Positions 1 to 12,670 of a stretch of DNA of 64,000 nt are shown here, piece after piece. The DNA is from Octopus vulgaris (Eukaryota): NCBI GenBank assembly GCA_951406725.2, contig OX597832.1:68324001-68388000 (forward strand). Reading direction: 5' to 3'. Every line of letters starts with the position of its first letter. Position 1 is the first letter of the stretch. The notes beneath the pieces were generated by a model. That model searched no databases. It was not told the DNA's origin and saw nothing but the letters and a program-made list of their open reading frames with translations. A program made the position numbers and the translations under genes.

Positions 1-259
1 TACTAGATCGAGCTATAAAACGGTAAAACAAAAACGGCACCACAAGACTATAAACAATGGTCGTTGATTGACTTTAACACTTAGTGTACTAGTGATAGAT
101 TCAGACGATCATATATTTATACATATATATACAAATGTTCGTTTTTCTTTTAAAATTTAGTAGAAGCTAAATATTTATGTTTCTGCTAAATATTAATAAA
201 AATATACATGTACTCATATTTTAAGTTTTATTCTTCCTACTTGCATAATATTTCTGTTC

Positions 260-399
<140 letters not shown>

Positions 400-506
400 T
401 TATGATTAAAATGGTAAGACAACAAAAGAATGAAAGAGACCTCGATATTATGTAAATAGAGGAATTTATCTGTAAATGTGATATGTAACAATTATTCAGT
501 AGCTAT

Positions 507-567
507 GATAAAACTCCGAGTTTCGGATGCCGAGGTGGAAATCCACGCCGCTATCTCTTCAGTTATC
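507..567 (-). ncRNA. Minimal type-I hammerhead-like ribozyme motif (Penelope pLTR-type)
   Basis: Minus strand GATAA-CTGAAGA-[hairpin with GTGGA/TCCAC]-GAAA-CTC-G-GAG-TT-TTATC: core boxes intact, stem I GATAA/TTATC, stem III CTC/GAG; base of stem II imperfect. Confidence 0.55.
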
Positions 568-957
568 CGGCCATCGGGAAAATGCTATGAAAAATGACCA
601 TTATACATATATTTATGTATATTTATATTCCCTAATATTATCCTAATATTATATATTACCTATTGTATTTATTTGTGTGTGTACATGTATACATATGTAT
701 ACATATATACAAAATATAGGTTTTAGTTTACAGGTGATCTAAACGACTAGGTACGCTAGGTAAGTGCTGTAACGCATTATTTGAGCCCCAAGATTATAGC
801 AGCGACGGTAATTATGGAGATATCCCAGAAACAGCTGTAAAACTCGGAATTTTTTCTTTTTCCAATAATAATAATGTATATGATTTGAGATGTTTGCCTT
901 GCCTTAACGTTTGTTGTCGACTTTAATAATTATGTATACATATATATACACATGTAC

Positions 958-1041
<84 letters not shown>

Positions 1042-1366
1042 GCGCATGAGTATGTATGGATGAATGTTTATGAAGGTAAACAAACAAAAATATCATTCAA
1101 TGCAACTTGTTGTAAACCTAATGTTTCGTAGACGCAGATGCGTCTCTACATCTTCAGACCTTCTGCCTCAGTCTATCGCCTAGGAAAATGCAAGACTTTT
1201 GAGCTTAGTTACTCTATTATGAAATAAATTTATTCCGAACTGGAAAACAAATATTATTCCTTACGATACGATATTTGCAATACATTTTACGTCATTTTAT
1301 GCGTCTAAAACACCCAGTCATATACTCTGAGTAAATGCATTTTCTTATCAAAATTATTAAATATAG

Positions 1367-1411
<45 letters not shown>

Positions 1412-1506
1412 AAAAAGGAGATGTGGAACACGAGTTGTGATATATAAAAAAGGAAATGAAGAAAATGCTGACAAAATAATTTAAGTAATTTAATTAGGTG
1501 AAAGTT

Positions 1507-1544
1507 CTTTTTACCGGTTGCGCATTTGTTATGCTTATCAAAAG
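1507..1544 (-). ncRNA. Decayed minimal hammerhead motif
   Basis: Minus strand CTTT-TGATAA-GCAT aacaa ATGC-GCAAC-CG-GTA-AAAAG: stem I and stem II pair and palindromic ACCGGT stem III is present, but the core is mutated. Confidence 0.4.
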
Positions 1545-1612
1545 AAATTTTTTTAAGAGCGATAGAGTTTCTTTCTGATAGATTTTTTCCTCTTATCTGA
1601 TAAGAGGAAACA

Positions 1613-1613
<1 letters not shown>

Positions 1614-1708
<95 letters not shown>

Positions 1709-1719
1709 ATATATATATA

Positions 1720-1796
<77 letters not shown>

Positions 1797-1805
1797 TTTA
1801 TTATA

Positions 1806-1839
<34 letters not shown>

Positions 1840-1841
1840 AC

Positions 1842-1908
<67 letters not shown>

Positions 1909-1922
1909 TTTATATATATATA

Positions 1923-1966
<44 letters not shown>

Positions 1967-2020
1967 TATATACTTTATATATATATACGTATGTATGTGT
2001 GTGTGTGTGTGTGTTTGTGT
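1614..2020. repeat. Long interrupted (TA)n followed by (TG)n
   Basis: About 370 bp of TA repeat with sparse interruptions. Confidence 0.95.
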
Positions 2021-2618
2021 AAGTTACCGAATGCCTTTGCTTGAAATATTGAGGTAATAAAATTTGTGAACATAAAACATACGAAAAAATGTCATATGTT
2101 TATTTTGCGAAGCAACGGTACTTTTCAATTATACATTTCTAAACTGTGGGGTACAGGATGTAGAGAAATGGAGTAAAACTTCTGGAAATGCCCTATCCAA
2201 ATACACATTCAAACTTTTGAATATCACATTAAGCACAAGAATTTTCTGAAAACGTTTTCCTTTTTTTTTGTGAGAGTGAGACGAAATAGATTTATGGGAA
2301 CAAATTCGGTTTTGTTGAATAAAAAATATTTTCAAAAACTTTGTACAATACCTCCTCTTCCGTTTCATGAGTGACACCTTGTTGAGACCTGATTTCTCTC
2401 GAACAACGAATATTCTAAAGTTTGAAATAAATAAAAACAAAATAATGTACGATTATAAATATAATATAATGAGATATGATTTTAATTTGTATCAAATAAT
2501 GTGAAATTTGAACCGATCTTATAATTAATATCATCAAGATGACTAACGATTTCATACTGTTGTCCCACTGCTGATGGTTTCAGTTTCTAATATTACTATT
2601 AATAGTACTAAGCAGTTT

Positions 2619-2815
2619 TAAGGCGGTGAGCTGACAGAATCGTTAGTAGATTGGGTACAATGTTTAGCAGCATCGTTTCCATTTTTACGATCTGTGTTCA
2701 AATTCCACCACGGTCTAATTTGATATTCATCCTTTCAGGTTCAATAAAATAAGTTCCAGTATAATTGACTGGTCCCATGAAATTGTTGACCATGTGCCAA
2801 AATTTGAAACCAATA
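2619..2815 (+). mobile_element. SINE with Nin/Deu-like central domain
   Basis: AAGGCGGTGAGCTGACAGAATCGTTAG...GTTCAAATTCC...TTCATCCTTTCAGGTTCAATAAAATAAGTTCCAG. Same family at about 36350-36545, 40158-40350, 40385-40570 (+) and 46140-46270, 48920-49070 (-). Confidence 0.7.
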
Positions 2816-4434
2816 TTGGTTCTTCAATTCTTGCTGCAATGATTAATCGTTAGAGCTGCCAGCAATTTTTTTTTATTACCCTTGAGTGTAAAGTATGCTT
2901 TGCATTTAGCTAAACATTATAATATATTGTTAACTAAAATAATTTTCGTTTGTCTTTATAAGTAAATGCAAAAGATTTTTTTATAGATCTGGATAAAATT
3001 CGCATTTCAGAACTGTCTATATATTACATTTTACAATTTTATACTTCCTTATTCCGTATCTTCTTAATATCAGATTTTTTTTTCTTTTTGCTTTGGAAAC
3101 TCTTATCGCTGGTTATATTTATATTGGATATCATATCTAAGAAGTTGGATCTAAATGATCCCATGCACATGATTGTTGGGAAAGTGACTTGCATATCTTG
3201 ACAGTGTAGTGGTCGGCGTCCCAATCAAAGATCACAAAATGATTCAGATAAGCATTTCAAAGGGCGCTTCTGACTACATAATCTCCTTATCCAGACATTT
3301 TTTTCCTGTGAGTATTTATACATGTATCAATATCTATGCAGCGTCTCTTAATCCTGTCATGCTGAAGTGTAATCACTTCAAACCAGTTTACAATTCAACT
3401 TAAACATAGCAACATAATAATCCAATCCAGGCACACAAACATAAAGAAACACGCAAACAGATTTCAAAAAGAAAGTTGAGTGGAAAGGATAGAAATAGCC
3501 ACATTCCGGTGGAATAAGAATTTGTAAAATAAGGCAATTAATTAAGAATTGAATGTATAGAAAAGCCAGTGAGAGTGTGTTTGTCAACTATCTATTCCTT
3601 TCAAACAAACACTCATACACACACACGTTTGGTGCTAAGTGCTAACGCACGAAGCTCTTGGCCCATGAGACACTCTGATGATTGTACGAAATATTAATGA
3701 GTGTGTCTCTAAATATAATACGTGTATATGTATGGTTAGTGTTTCAATATTGTGAGGGGTGAATTATCGTTTTGGATCGTCCCCAGACCTTCATCAGAAT
3801 ACATATATATAGATGGATATACTGTTTTCTGATATAAAAAAATCTAATGCTGAACTAATAATGCAAAACTCATCAGCGGAGACAATATTCAATCAAACAA
3901 AAAGGAAAAATTACAAACTGTGATGCTTAAAAGGTACCGGAGGAATTTAAGGGCTAGTGAGTTTCTTATAATAACTCAGAAATTCTTATCTATCAATCCA
4001 TCTACCAATATCTATCTACCTGTGCATCTAATACTAGGATGTGAACACGATGCTTCTAATTACACGGCTCTGCGTATATATTGACTGCATCATTATTAGT
4101 TATCACAATATTTTATAACAGACGAATGCAATAGTTACGTTGCCATCGAAGTAGAGGATAACAAGAAAAAAAAACGTAGATTCGTAAAGAAATATTTTGA
4201 TATTTTCGGTATATTACGCTTTTTACTGTTTGTAGTCATTGGACTGCGACCATATTTGGAGTAAGGCCTTGTAGGGTTAATCGAACACATCGACCTTAGT
4301 GGTTATCTTCTTTTACATTCCTGCACTTGTTCTGTCGTTCCCTTTTCGTGATTAGTTAATTCACAGGAACGTAAATATTGCGGAGACGAATACGAGCAAA
4401 CACAGACAAAACGACATACATACACGCGTGTGTG

Positions 4435-4610
4435 TAGCCATTACACACATTTTTTTTCTCTCCTTGCTTTTTCTGTGTACCTTTCTGTAGAAGAGAGTAG
4501 GCTGGAAACGTAAAAGACTTTTTCTATTCCTGATCGCTATACTAATACATCTGTTTGTTTTGTACACCACCTGTCTTCGTCTTTTGTTTTTTTTTTGTAA
4601 ACTTTCCCCA
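4435..4610 (+). mobile_element. Short repeat (Penelope pLTR-like) with variant hammerhead motif
   Basis: Similar to 14865-15040 and 25315-25445; contains CTTT-CTGTAGA-A-[stem II]-GAAAC-GTA-AAAG. Confidence 0.6.
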
Positions 4611-4719
4611 TATATATATATACATACACATACAGACAGACATATATATACAAACACAGAGATCTGTATACACACAGATATACATACATATACATAGATA
4701 TGTGTGTGTGTGTGTCGTT

Positions 4720-4930
4720 TGCTTCTTTTGTTTCAGTCATTAGACTGCGGCCATGCTGGGGTACAGCGTTGAATTTTTAGTTGAATGAATTGACCCCAGT
4801 ATTTTGTTTATTTTTAAGTCTGGTACTTGTTGTATTCATCTCTTTTGCCGACCCGCTAAGTTTTAGACACACCAACACCTGTTGTCAAGTGGTGTGGACG
4901 GGGCAAAGCACAGACAGAAAGATACACACA
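4720..4930 (-). mobile_element. 3' half of the abundant composite SINE
   Basis: Reverse complement of the tail CCAGCATGGCCGCAGTC..ATGACTGAAACAA seen at 14505-14720, 32640-32838 and 37600-37800. Confidence 0.7.
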
Positions 4931-4958
4931 TACACGCAGATGTACATCTCTTTCAGCT

Positions 4959-4960
<2 letters not shown>

Positions 4961-5042
<82 letters not shown>
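4961..5042. repeat. (TATC)n microsatellite
   Basis: Direct reading. Confidence 0.95.
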
Positions 5043-5189
5043 AGATATATACATATAAGATTAATCAGCCGAAATTGCGAGGATGATCCGGTTCTTGACT
5101 GAAGATTGAAGGCTTCGAATGTCCCGTCCGTGTTTTTTGTATCGTTTTCTAAATGTTTTACGTTCTTGTCCCAGTTTGTATTTTTTTAC

Positions 5190-5226
<37 letters not shown>

Positions 5227-6712
5227 CTTAATTTGCTATGTTTGACAAATTGTTTCAATTCACAAAGACAACATAAACGATGTCATATTCTTAGAGTAAG
5301 AAAATATGTTTATGACACCCAAATGAATTCTCCCCAAAAGAAATTCTGAACCAATAGCGCTATAAACATTTTGTATAAGATATATTTGCAATTCTTTAAA
5401 TCCATAAAAAAAATTCAACGACACATGCACTACCCAGTGAAACTCAGTATGATTACTTAAGACCTCGAAATCGCTTCACTTGACAGCATCAGTCAACTTG
5501 AAAATCTCTCCCTGGCAGCACCAACCAAAGAAGGAACTTCGAAGTAATCAATGGAAGCAATGACGGGAACTCTACCTTGTGCATTCAGTCAATGAAGAAT
5601 CACTGCCTGGTGCTTTCAACCAACAAGTGAATTTCCCAGTCGATGCTGCAGACTAGGAAGAAAGTTCAAGAATGGCAAAGAAGGAACATAAATATGGCCG
5701 TCGAATACAAGAACATTTCAATGTGGTTGCTGGAGCCAATAAGAGAATGGTCACTGATGTTAAAAAGGTAACAACAGGGAGATATCTGGAGTCAAGCCAA
5801 TAGTGGAACATTTATGTGTACGACAGAATCTATGAAGAACTTGTAGCATGGTCCCTAGGGCCAAAGTAAAAGGTGTCATGGCGGCTCATACAAACGAACA
5901 AACGAAAACATGGTTGCTGTTGGAATAACAATGGGGTCACTGGATTTAGTGAGTGAGCCTCAACAAAATCACTGCAAATAATGGGTGACCTCTATGACCA
6001 TCATTTTACACAAAACAAAGAATACAATAAAAAAATGTAACTTTAGATACAACATCTGATAAAGAAACAAAACGAGATGGTCATGGCTGAACTGCCTTTC
6101 TTCACAAAAGAATATGATAAAGATGACCAGGTTCTAAGCAACTATGAAGATGAATAAAATATAAATAATGGTCTATTCGTATCTAAACTTATAAAACTTT
6201 GTCGAGAAGGAAATTTTTATTTTGTTTATGAAAAATATAAATCTTCACTAAAATAATCGACATTTTAATAATGTAGGTTATTTTATTGTTTTTCTTTTTT
6301 TTTTTACTAATAATTTAAATTGATGTATAGTGTTGCAGATCGTGCAATACACTATATAGTGACTCGCATGCACATAAAATCTCTTATAAATACACACACA
6401 CACACAATCATACTGAGTTTATTTTTTTAATAGTCAATTCCTTCTCATTAACTGAATCACTCCCTTTACCTCTATGCATATATGTGTGTGTATATATATT
6501 TATATATGTGTGTGTACATATATGCGTGTATGTGTTCGTATCTATCTATCTATATATGTATGCATATATGTATGTATTTATCATATATGCATATATATAT
6601 ATGACATAAGGTAACATTAAATATATATATATTTATATAATATACTCTATTTTATGGTATATATTGTACTATATAATAGGTATACAGGCATATATATGTA
6701 GATGCATGTGTG

Positions 6713-6743
<31 letters not shown>

Positions 6744-7019
6744 ATTTATACATATAAACTTGCATACATATGTGTGTGATGTGTGTGGTTAGTGCAGACT
6801 TTATTTCCTGGTTTCTGGATTCAGTTTGCATAAGCTCTTTATTGTCAGTAAATATTTTATTAAAGTTTAAAGTGGCATTTAAAAGTCTAGCGAAAGAAGA
6901 AAATGGTGCTTCTTTCCCAGCAGCAGATCAGAAAATGGTGGGGACAGGGTGAGCGAGGTAGAGAGGAAGAATACCGAAAGACATCACAGTGGAATATGCA
7001 TGTATATACACCTACCTAC

Positions 7020-7052
7020 CTACATATATACATATATATATATATATATTAA

Positions 7053-7104
<52 letters not shown>

Positions 7105-7138
7105 AGTGTGTGTGTGTATATATATATACAAATGTATA

Positions 7139-7219
<81 letters not shown>

Positions 7220-7229
7220 TATATATATA

Positions 7230-7326
<97 letters not shown>

Positions 7327-7460
7327 TATATATTCATATATATATATATACATACATATATATATATTATGTATATATTGATACATATATATATCTGCAT
7401 GCATGTATGTATGTGTGTGCATGTGTATGCATGTATGTTCATGTGCATGTATTATGCATA
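7020..7460. repeat. Long (TA)n/(TG)n compound microsatellite
   Basis: Direct reading; source of several spurious YIYI ORFs. Confidence 0.95.
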
Positions 7461-8053
7461 TACATAGGTCTCTGTTTGTGTCACCATGTGCAAATATGTG
7501 TCAATCTGAACATACACACTCACACACATACACACACATATTTATTCATTCGAAAGTTTCAATCTATTCAGTAAGTTCAATGTCTCTTACTAAATATTAT
7601 TTTTCTTATTTCTCCTTATCAATCATTTCAAATGCATTTTTGTTCAGTTTTTTTCTTTTTTTTTCATTTATGGTTTTTAGTTATTTTGTTTTAATTCAAT
7701 ATTTTTGTTAATTAATTTATAATTTGTATATGTTTTGTATATGTCTTACTTACGCATGGCAAGTTACAAATACTTCATTCAAGTCTTTTAAAACTGACTA
7801 AAGTAATTTCCAATAATAGTGAAGAGTACAAAGATAACAAGAAAGAAATATGGTGTTGATGATGATGGTAAAAATAACACTACTACTGCTGCTGCTGCTA
7901 CTACTACTACTACAAATAATGATAATAATAATAATAAATAGCAACCAAAACAAAATGGAAAGGTGAAGATGTAAAAAAGAGTAGAAGAAAAACAAGAAAA
8001 GAAAGTGAAGGAAGATAAAGAGAATGAGCAGCAGCAATGGTAGCAGAATGATG

Positions 8054-8203
8054 AGAAGAAGAAGAAGAAGAAGAAGAAGAAGAAGAAGAAGAAGAAGAAG
8101 AAGGAGGAGGAGGAGGAGGAGGAGGAGGAGGAGGGGGAGGAGGAGGAGGAGGAGAAGAAGAAGAAGAAGAAGAAGAAGAAGAAGAAGAAGAAGAAGAAGA
8201 AGA
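8054..8203. repeat. (AAG)n-(GAG)n-(AAG)n polypurine tract
   Basis: Direct reading; yields the poly-R/L/S/F/P ORFs. Confidence 0.95.
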
Positions 8204-8213
8204 ATACACACAT

Positions 8214-8365
8214 ACAGTCAATGGAAGTTCCACCTACCAAATTTGGTCAGTCTGAGGCTATAGTAGAAGACACTGGCCTAGGGTTGTAAGCAGTGGGACA
8301 GAACCAGCACCCCACAAAACTAAATGGTTGCAAAGCAAACTTCTTAGTGCACAGCCACACCTGCT
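8214..8365 (-). mobile_element. tRNA-derived SINE head (CORE-like), decayed
   Basis: Reverse complement matches the 14280-14443 family (GCAGGTGTGGCTGTG...GTCCCACTGC...GTGTCTTCTACTATAGCCTC). Confidence 0.65.
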
Positions 8366-8391
8366 CATTCATACATATATACATAAATACT

Positions 8392-8441
<50 letters not shown>

Positions 8442-8522
8442 GATAGATAGATAGATATATATGCATATATATATATATAGACACACACACATACATATGC
8501 ATATAGATAGATAGATAAATAG

Positions 8523-8604
<82 letters not shown>

Positions 8605-8605
<1 letters not shown>

Positions 8606-9705
8606 TTTTTCTTTATTGGCCACACAGGGCTGAACACAGAGGGGACAAATACAAATGTAGAGCTTTTCTTTTCGCAAATGTAAAAGAAAAAGGAAAAAAA
8701 CATAAAAAATGTAAAATTCGATCAAAAGGGTCGAGAAAAAAAGACGATCAAAAGGGATCATGTATCACAGAAGAAATTTTTTAAATGTAAGAAGGAAGAT
8801 TATGTTTATCTTTGGAAAGAAATTCCTACGGAAAAGAGCATGGTAACCACAAGCAGGGAGGGAATAAACACGTGAGAGCAAAGTGCTCTCTCTCTCTCTG
8901 TCTTTTTTCGATTTACAGGATCATGCTCAAAGTGGTTTCGTTGCTCGCTTGCACCATCTTTGCTACATTCACCCACCTTCGTTTGAAACTTTCACGAGAC
9001 AAAACCTGCCTCTCCAGTCTCACCTTCTTTTTCAAGTAGTACTTGAAAAAGTTGATGAGCAATTGGCCAGAGAGGTAAGTGTTTGTCTCTAATCCTTTTG
9101 CTCGAGTCCACGACACATTCTTTCACCATGGTCACCAGTATGATGAAGACTGCCTTGCCTTCCCGGTTGAGGGAAGGCGGCGGAGCAATGAGAATGACAC
9201 ACTCAGCCGACAGGCAGACTTGTGCCATATGTGACAGCAGCTGTTCAGCATAAGCCCACAGGACCGAAATGGTTGGACACTGCACGAGTACATACAAGAC
9301 AGTTTCGTTGCTCTGACCACATCTCGGGCAAGTCGGTTCGGTGTGTTTTGAACCATACCTGCAGAGCTTATCCCAAACAGGTAATGCTATTCAATAGCAC
9401 TGCCAGGCCAGGGATATTTGGTGATTGGCCATAGGTCCCGGCCCAAAAGTTGTCCTGAACATGCAGGTCAAGTGTTCCTTGTCAACATCCAGACTCTGCC
9501 TGAGAACGTCGTCACACCTCCCCTCCACTAATCCGCTATAGAACGCCTTTGTTGTAATGAAGTCGCACAAGTTTGTTCCTGGACGGCAGAGTAGCTTGAG
9601 AGCAACGTGACACTCACAGTGCCATTCACTTAGCCTCGGTCATGTTTGATCCATGACTGCAGTTCAGCTAAGTAGACGAGCTGCGGGACAGCATGCCACA
9701 CAAGT
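8605..9705 (-). mobile_element. Tx1/L1-clade LINE, 3' fragment (ORF2 C-terminus and 3' UTR)
   Basis: Minus-strand translation gives CPRCGQSNETVL(Y)VLVQCP (degenerate ORF2 CCHC knuckle), then ...LWAYAEQLL...KKKVRLERQVLSRESFKRRW...stop, then a UTR with AATAAA (8612-8617). Flanked by (GATA)n/(GACA)n. Confidence 0.8.
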
Positions 9706-9773
9706 AAATAAATAAATAGACAGACAGACAGGCAAATAGATAGATAGATAGGCAGATAGATGGACAGATAGAC

Positions 9774-9816
<43 letters not shown>

Positions 9817-11369
9817 TAGATAGATAGAAAGATGGATGAATGGATAGGTGGGTAGAGAGATAATATAGAAAAGTAATCTAAAATGAAAATATTTGCTTTC
9901 TTTTATAAAGACAAAAATAAAACTAGTAATAATAAATGCAGAAAAGAAGATAGAGTCCCCAAACTGAATGAAGAAATAGAATAGAGAAGAACACAAATAA
10001 AAAGCAAATAGCTTTTCTTTAAGTCTCGTCCAAGAGAAAAAATGGCTAACATTTAAGTGAATGGTGAGAAAATTTAATCAATGACAATTTAATTCTATTC
10101 TGAAGAGGAATAATAATCAATAGCATTATGTATCTGTTGGTACGCAGGACGGTATATATGGCTGGACGGATGTTTGTCTGTATGAACGCATGTATGGATG
10201 TTTGTGTGTAACTATGTGTGTGTGTGTGTGTGTGAGTTTGTGTGTGTGTGTATCTATGTGTATGTGTTTTCACTCATGTAACATCTTTCTTTTTTCTGCA
10301 GCTTTTTTTCTCTCTCTGCATATTTGTATACCTACATATTTGTGTGTGTATGTGTGTATGTGTGTATGTGTGAGTGTCTGTGCTTGTACACATATATGCG
10401 TATATGCATGTGTGTGTATATATATACGTGAGTATATGTAAATACACATACATACACACACACACACATATGATGTATGTGTGTATATATATATATATGA
10501 ACATATCAATCGATATCTATTTATCAGTCAATCTTTCTATCTATATGTGTGTGTGTATATATGTGCATGTATATTTAGATCTACATATACAAATATATGT
10601 ATATATCTACACATATATGCATACACACACATACATATACATACATGTATGTAGTAAGACAATGGGTCTGTTGTGTAATAGTTAACAGGCTGATAGGACC
10701 GCAAGTGCATTGTTTAATGTGAATTAATCAGGGGCAGAGTTGTTTTATTTGGTGACATTTTGAAGGTAGACAATACCTTCAATTCAATATATAATATTAA
10801 TATATATTACAATAATAGTCACATGATCAGATTCCAATAAATATTGTCCAATCAGGTCTATCATCGCCTTCTGATGCATAAAAATATATAATTATTAATT
10901 TTCCTTCCATTAACACAAGTCTTCAAATATTCAGGCAAAGGTCAGCTTTGAATGAATCGAATGAATTGATTGAAGGATACATATTTTTTTCCTTCTCTAT
11001 TAAAAATCCTTTACTCATGACAGAAAGAAATTAAAGATGAAGAATAAGAGTCTGGCAGGAAATGAAGTAAAAAATGTAAAAAGGACAATACTAAATAGTT
11101 TTATAGATTCTCAGTTGGAGAGGATATCAGTCTGTTGAGCGTAGGCTTTGCATGAAGTAGTTGCAACATCTCTCTTTGATCAGATTTTGCCTAGTTAAGA
11201 ATGGAATTGGTGCATAATGTGTTCTGGTTTCTCAGTCATGGCAGGAATGGTTTTGATCCTCACTTTGATGGATTACATGGATTATTATCAGCCAGTAAAC
11301 TATGATATAAAACACCTAGAGTCTTATTACATGTGTGTGTATGTACGTATGTATACAGACACACAGACT

Positions 11370-11522
11370 CGTGTGCAAGTATGGCTGTGTGGTATGGAGT
11401 TTGTTTCCCAACCACATGATTCCAAGTTCAGTCCCATTGCATGGTATTTTGGACAAGTGTTTTCTGCTACAATCTTAGGCCAACCAAAGCACCATGATTT
11501 GGTAGATGGAAAGAAGCTGGTC
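11370..11522 (+). mobile_element. tRNA-derived SINE head (CORE-like)
   Basis: TGGCTGTGTGGTA...CAACCACATG..GTTCAGTCCCA...TTGGACAAGTG; same family as 14280-14443. Confidence 0.7.
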
Positions 11523-11606
11523 ACAATTTATATACGCATATATATATATATATATATATGCTCAGCAGATTTAAGGGTTTTAGCCCTTATCTGTTTGGTG
11601 TGCATT

Positions 11607-11880
11607 CATCATCATCATCATCATCATCATTGTTTAACATCCGCTTTCCATGCTAGCATGGGTTGGACGATTTGACTGAGGACTGGCGAACCAGATGGCT
11701 GCACCAGGCTCCAATCTTGATCTGACAGAATTTCTACAACTAGATGCCCTTCCTAATGCCAACCACTCCGAGAGAGTAGTGGGTGCTTCTACATGCCACC
11801 AGCACTAGAGCTAGTCAAGCAGTACTGGCAATGGCCACGAAAAAATCGTGTTTTTTTTTTTACATGTCACCTGTACACCG
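11607..11880 (-). mobile_element. Meta-domain-like repeat / RTE 3' UTR fragment with (GAT)n tail
   Basis: Minus strand GGTTGGCATTAGGAAGGGCATC...CCAACCCATGCTAGCATGGAAAGCGGATGTTAAAC-(GAT)n. Copies at 31572, 41725, 50550 and 53208. Confidence 0.75.
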
Positions 11881-11938
11881 GCGTGAAACTGATTGTTAAG
11901 AGCAGCCATGATGGATGTCTAATACTATACATTTTGGA

Positions 11939-11974
<36 letters not shown>

Positions 11975-12030
11975 GGGGCAGTGAATAAACTGTTGTCTAA
12001 ATTACACAAAAAGGAAAATAAGACTGATAT

Positions 12031-12163
12031 ATCAGTACTATATTAAAGAGATGAGGAATTATTTACATTTGACAGATATTTCTCCTCATCATGTTTCTTG
12101 TTAACACAACGTTTTAGCTGATATACCCTCCAGCTTGGGTTCTCATTCCTGAGTATTTTTCAA

Positions 12164-12196
<33 letters not shown>

Positions 12197-12447
12197 TACT
12201 ATTCAGGTCACTGCCTGGAATCGAACTCAGAATCTTGTAGTGGTTAAGAGCCTGCACTCTTAACCACTACGCCATATGCCTGTGGGCAATTATGGAGTGA
12301 ATTTTAGGGCTTATAAATGGAAGGATAGCAAAATATTAGACCTATACGCCCTAAAATTCACTCTATAATTGCCCACGGGCATATGGCATAGTGGCTAAGA
12401 GCGCAGGCTACTAACCCCAAGATTCCGAGTTCGATTTCAGGTAGTGA

Positions 12448-12510
<63 letters not shown>

Positions 12511-12670
12511 CAACAACAACATCGAAAAATACTTTAGGAATGAGAACCCAGGTTTGAAATTTCCCCAAGACACCTGATGAAAGCTGAAGAGTATATCAGC
12601 CAAAACGTTGTGTTAACAACAAACAAGCTAAGGACGAATATCCATCAAATGTAAATAATGTAAATAATGT
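12031..12670. mobile_element. Head-to-head inverted pair of tRNA-headed SINE-like units with a hammerhead motif
   Basis: 12033-12313 is the reverse complement of 12343-12670. tRNA-like A/B boxes TGGCATAGTGG and GAGTTCGATTTC at 12377-12452. Flanked by direct repeat ACTGATAT (12023-12030, 12671-12678). Confidence 0.8.
12568..12614 (+). ncRNA. Minimal hammerhead motif inside the tRNA-headed unit
   Basis: AGACAC-CTGATGA-A-AGCTG..CAGCC-AAAAC-GTT-GTGTT; GAAA box altered by a CpG-type change, stem I GACAC/GTGTT. Confidence 0.6.

Noticed and set aside
3100-3400. Possible CR1-like LINE 3' remnant on the minus strand
   Set aside because: Only a vague YK.LTGK similarity that needs a frameshift; too decayed to call.
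6917-6948. Tiny plus-strand exon candidate ending GG|gtgagc
   Set aside because: Short polypyrimidine tract and no supporting context.
12377-12452. Possible tRNA gene
   Set aside because: Acceptor and anticodon stems do not pair cleanly, and it is duplicated as part of a larger repeat; treated as a SINE-like head.
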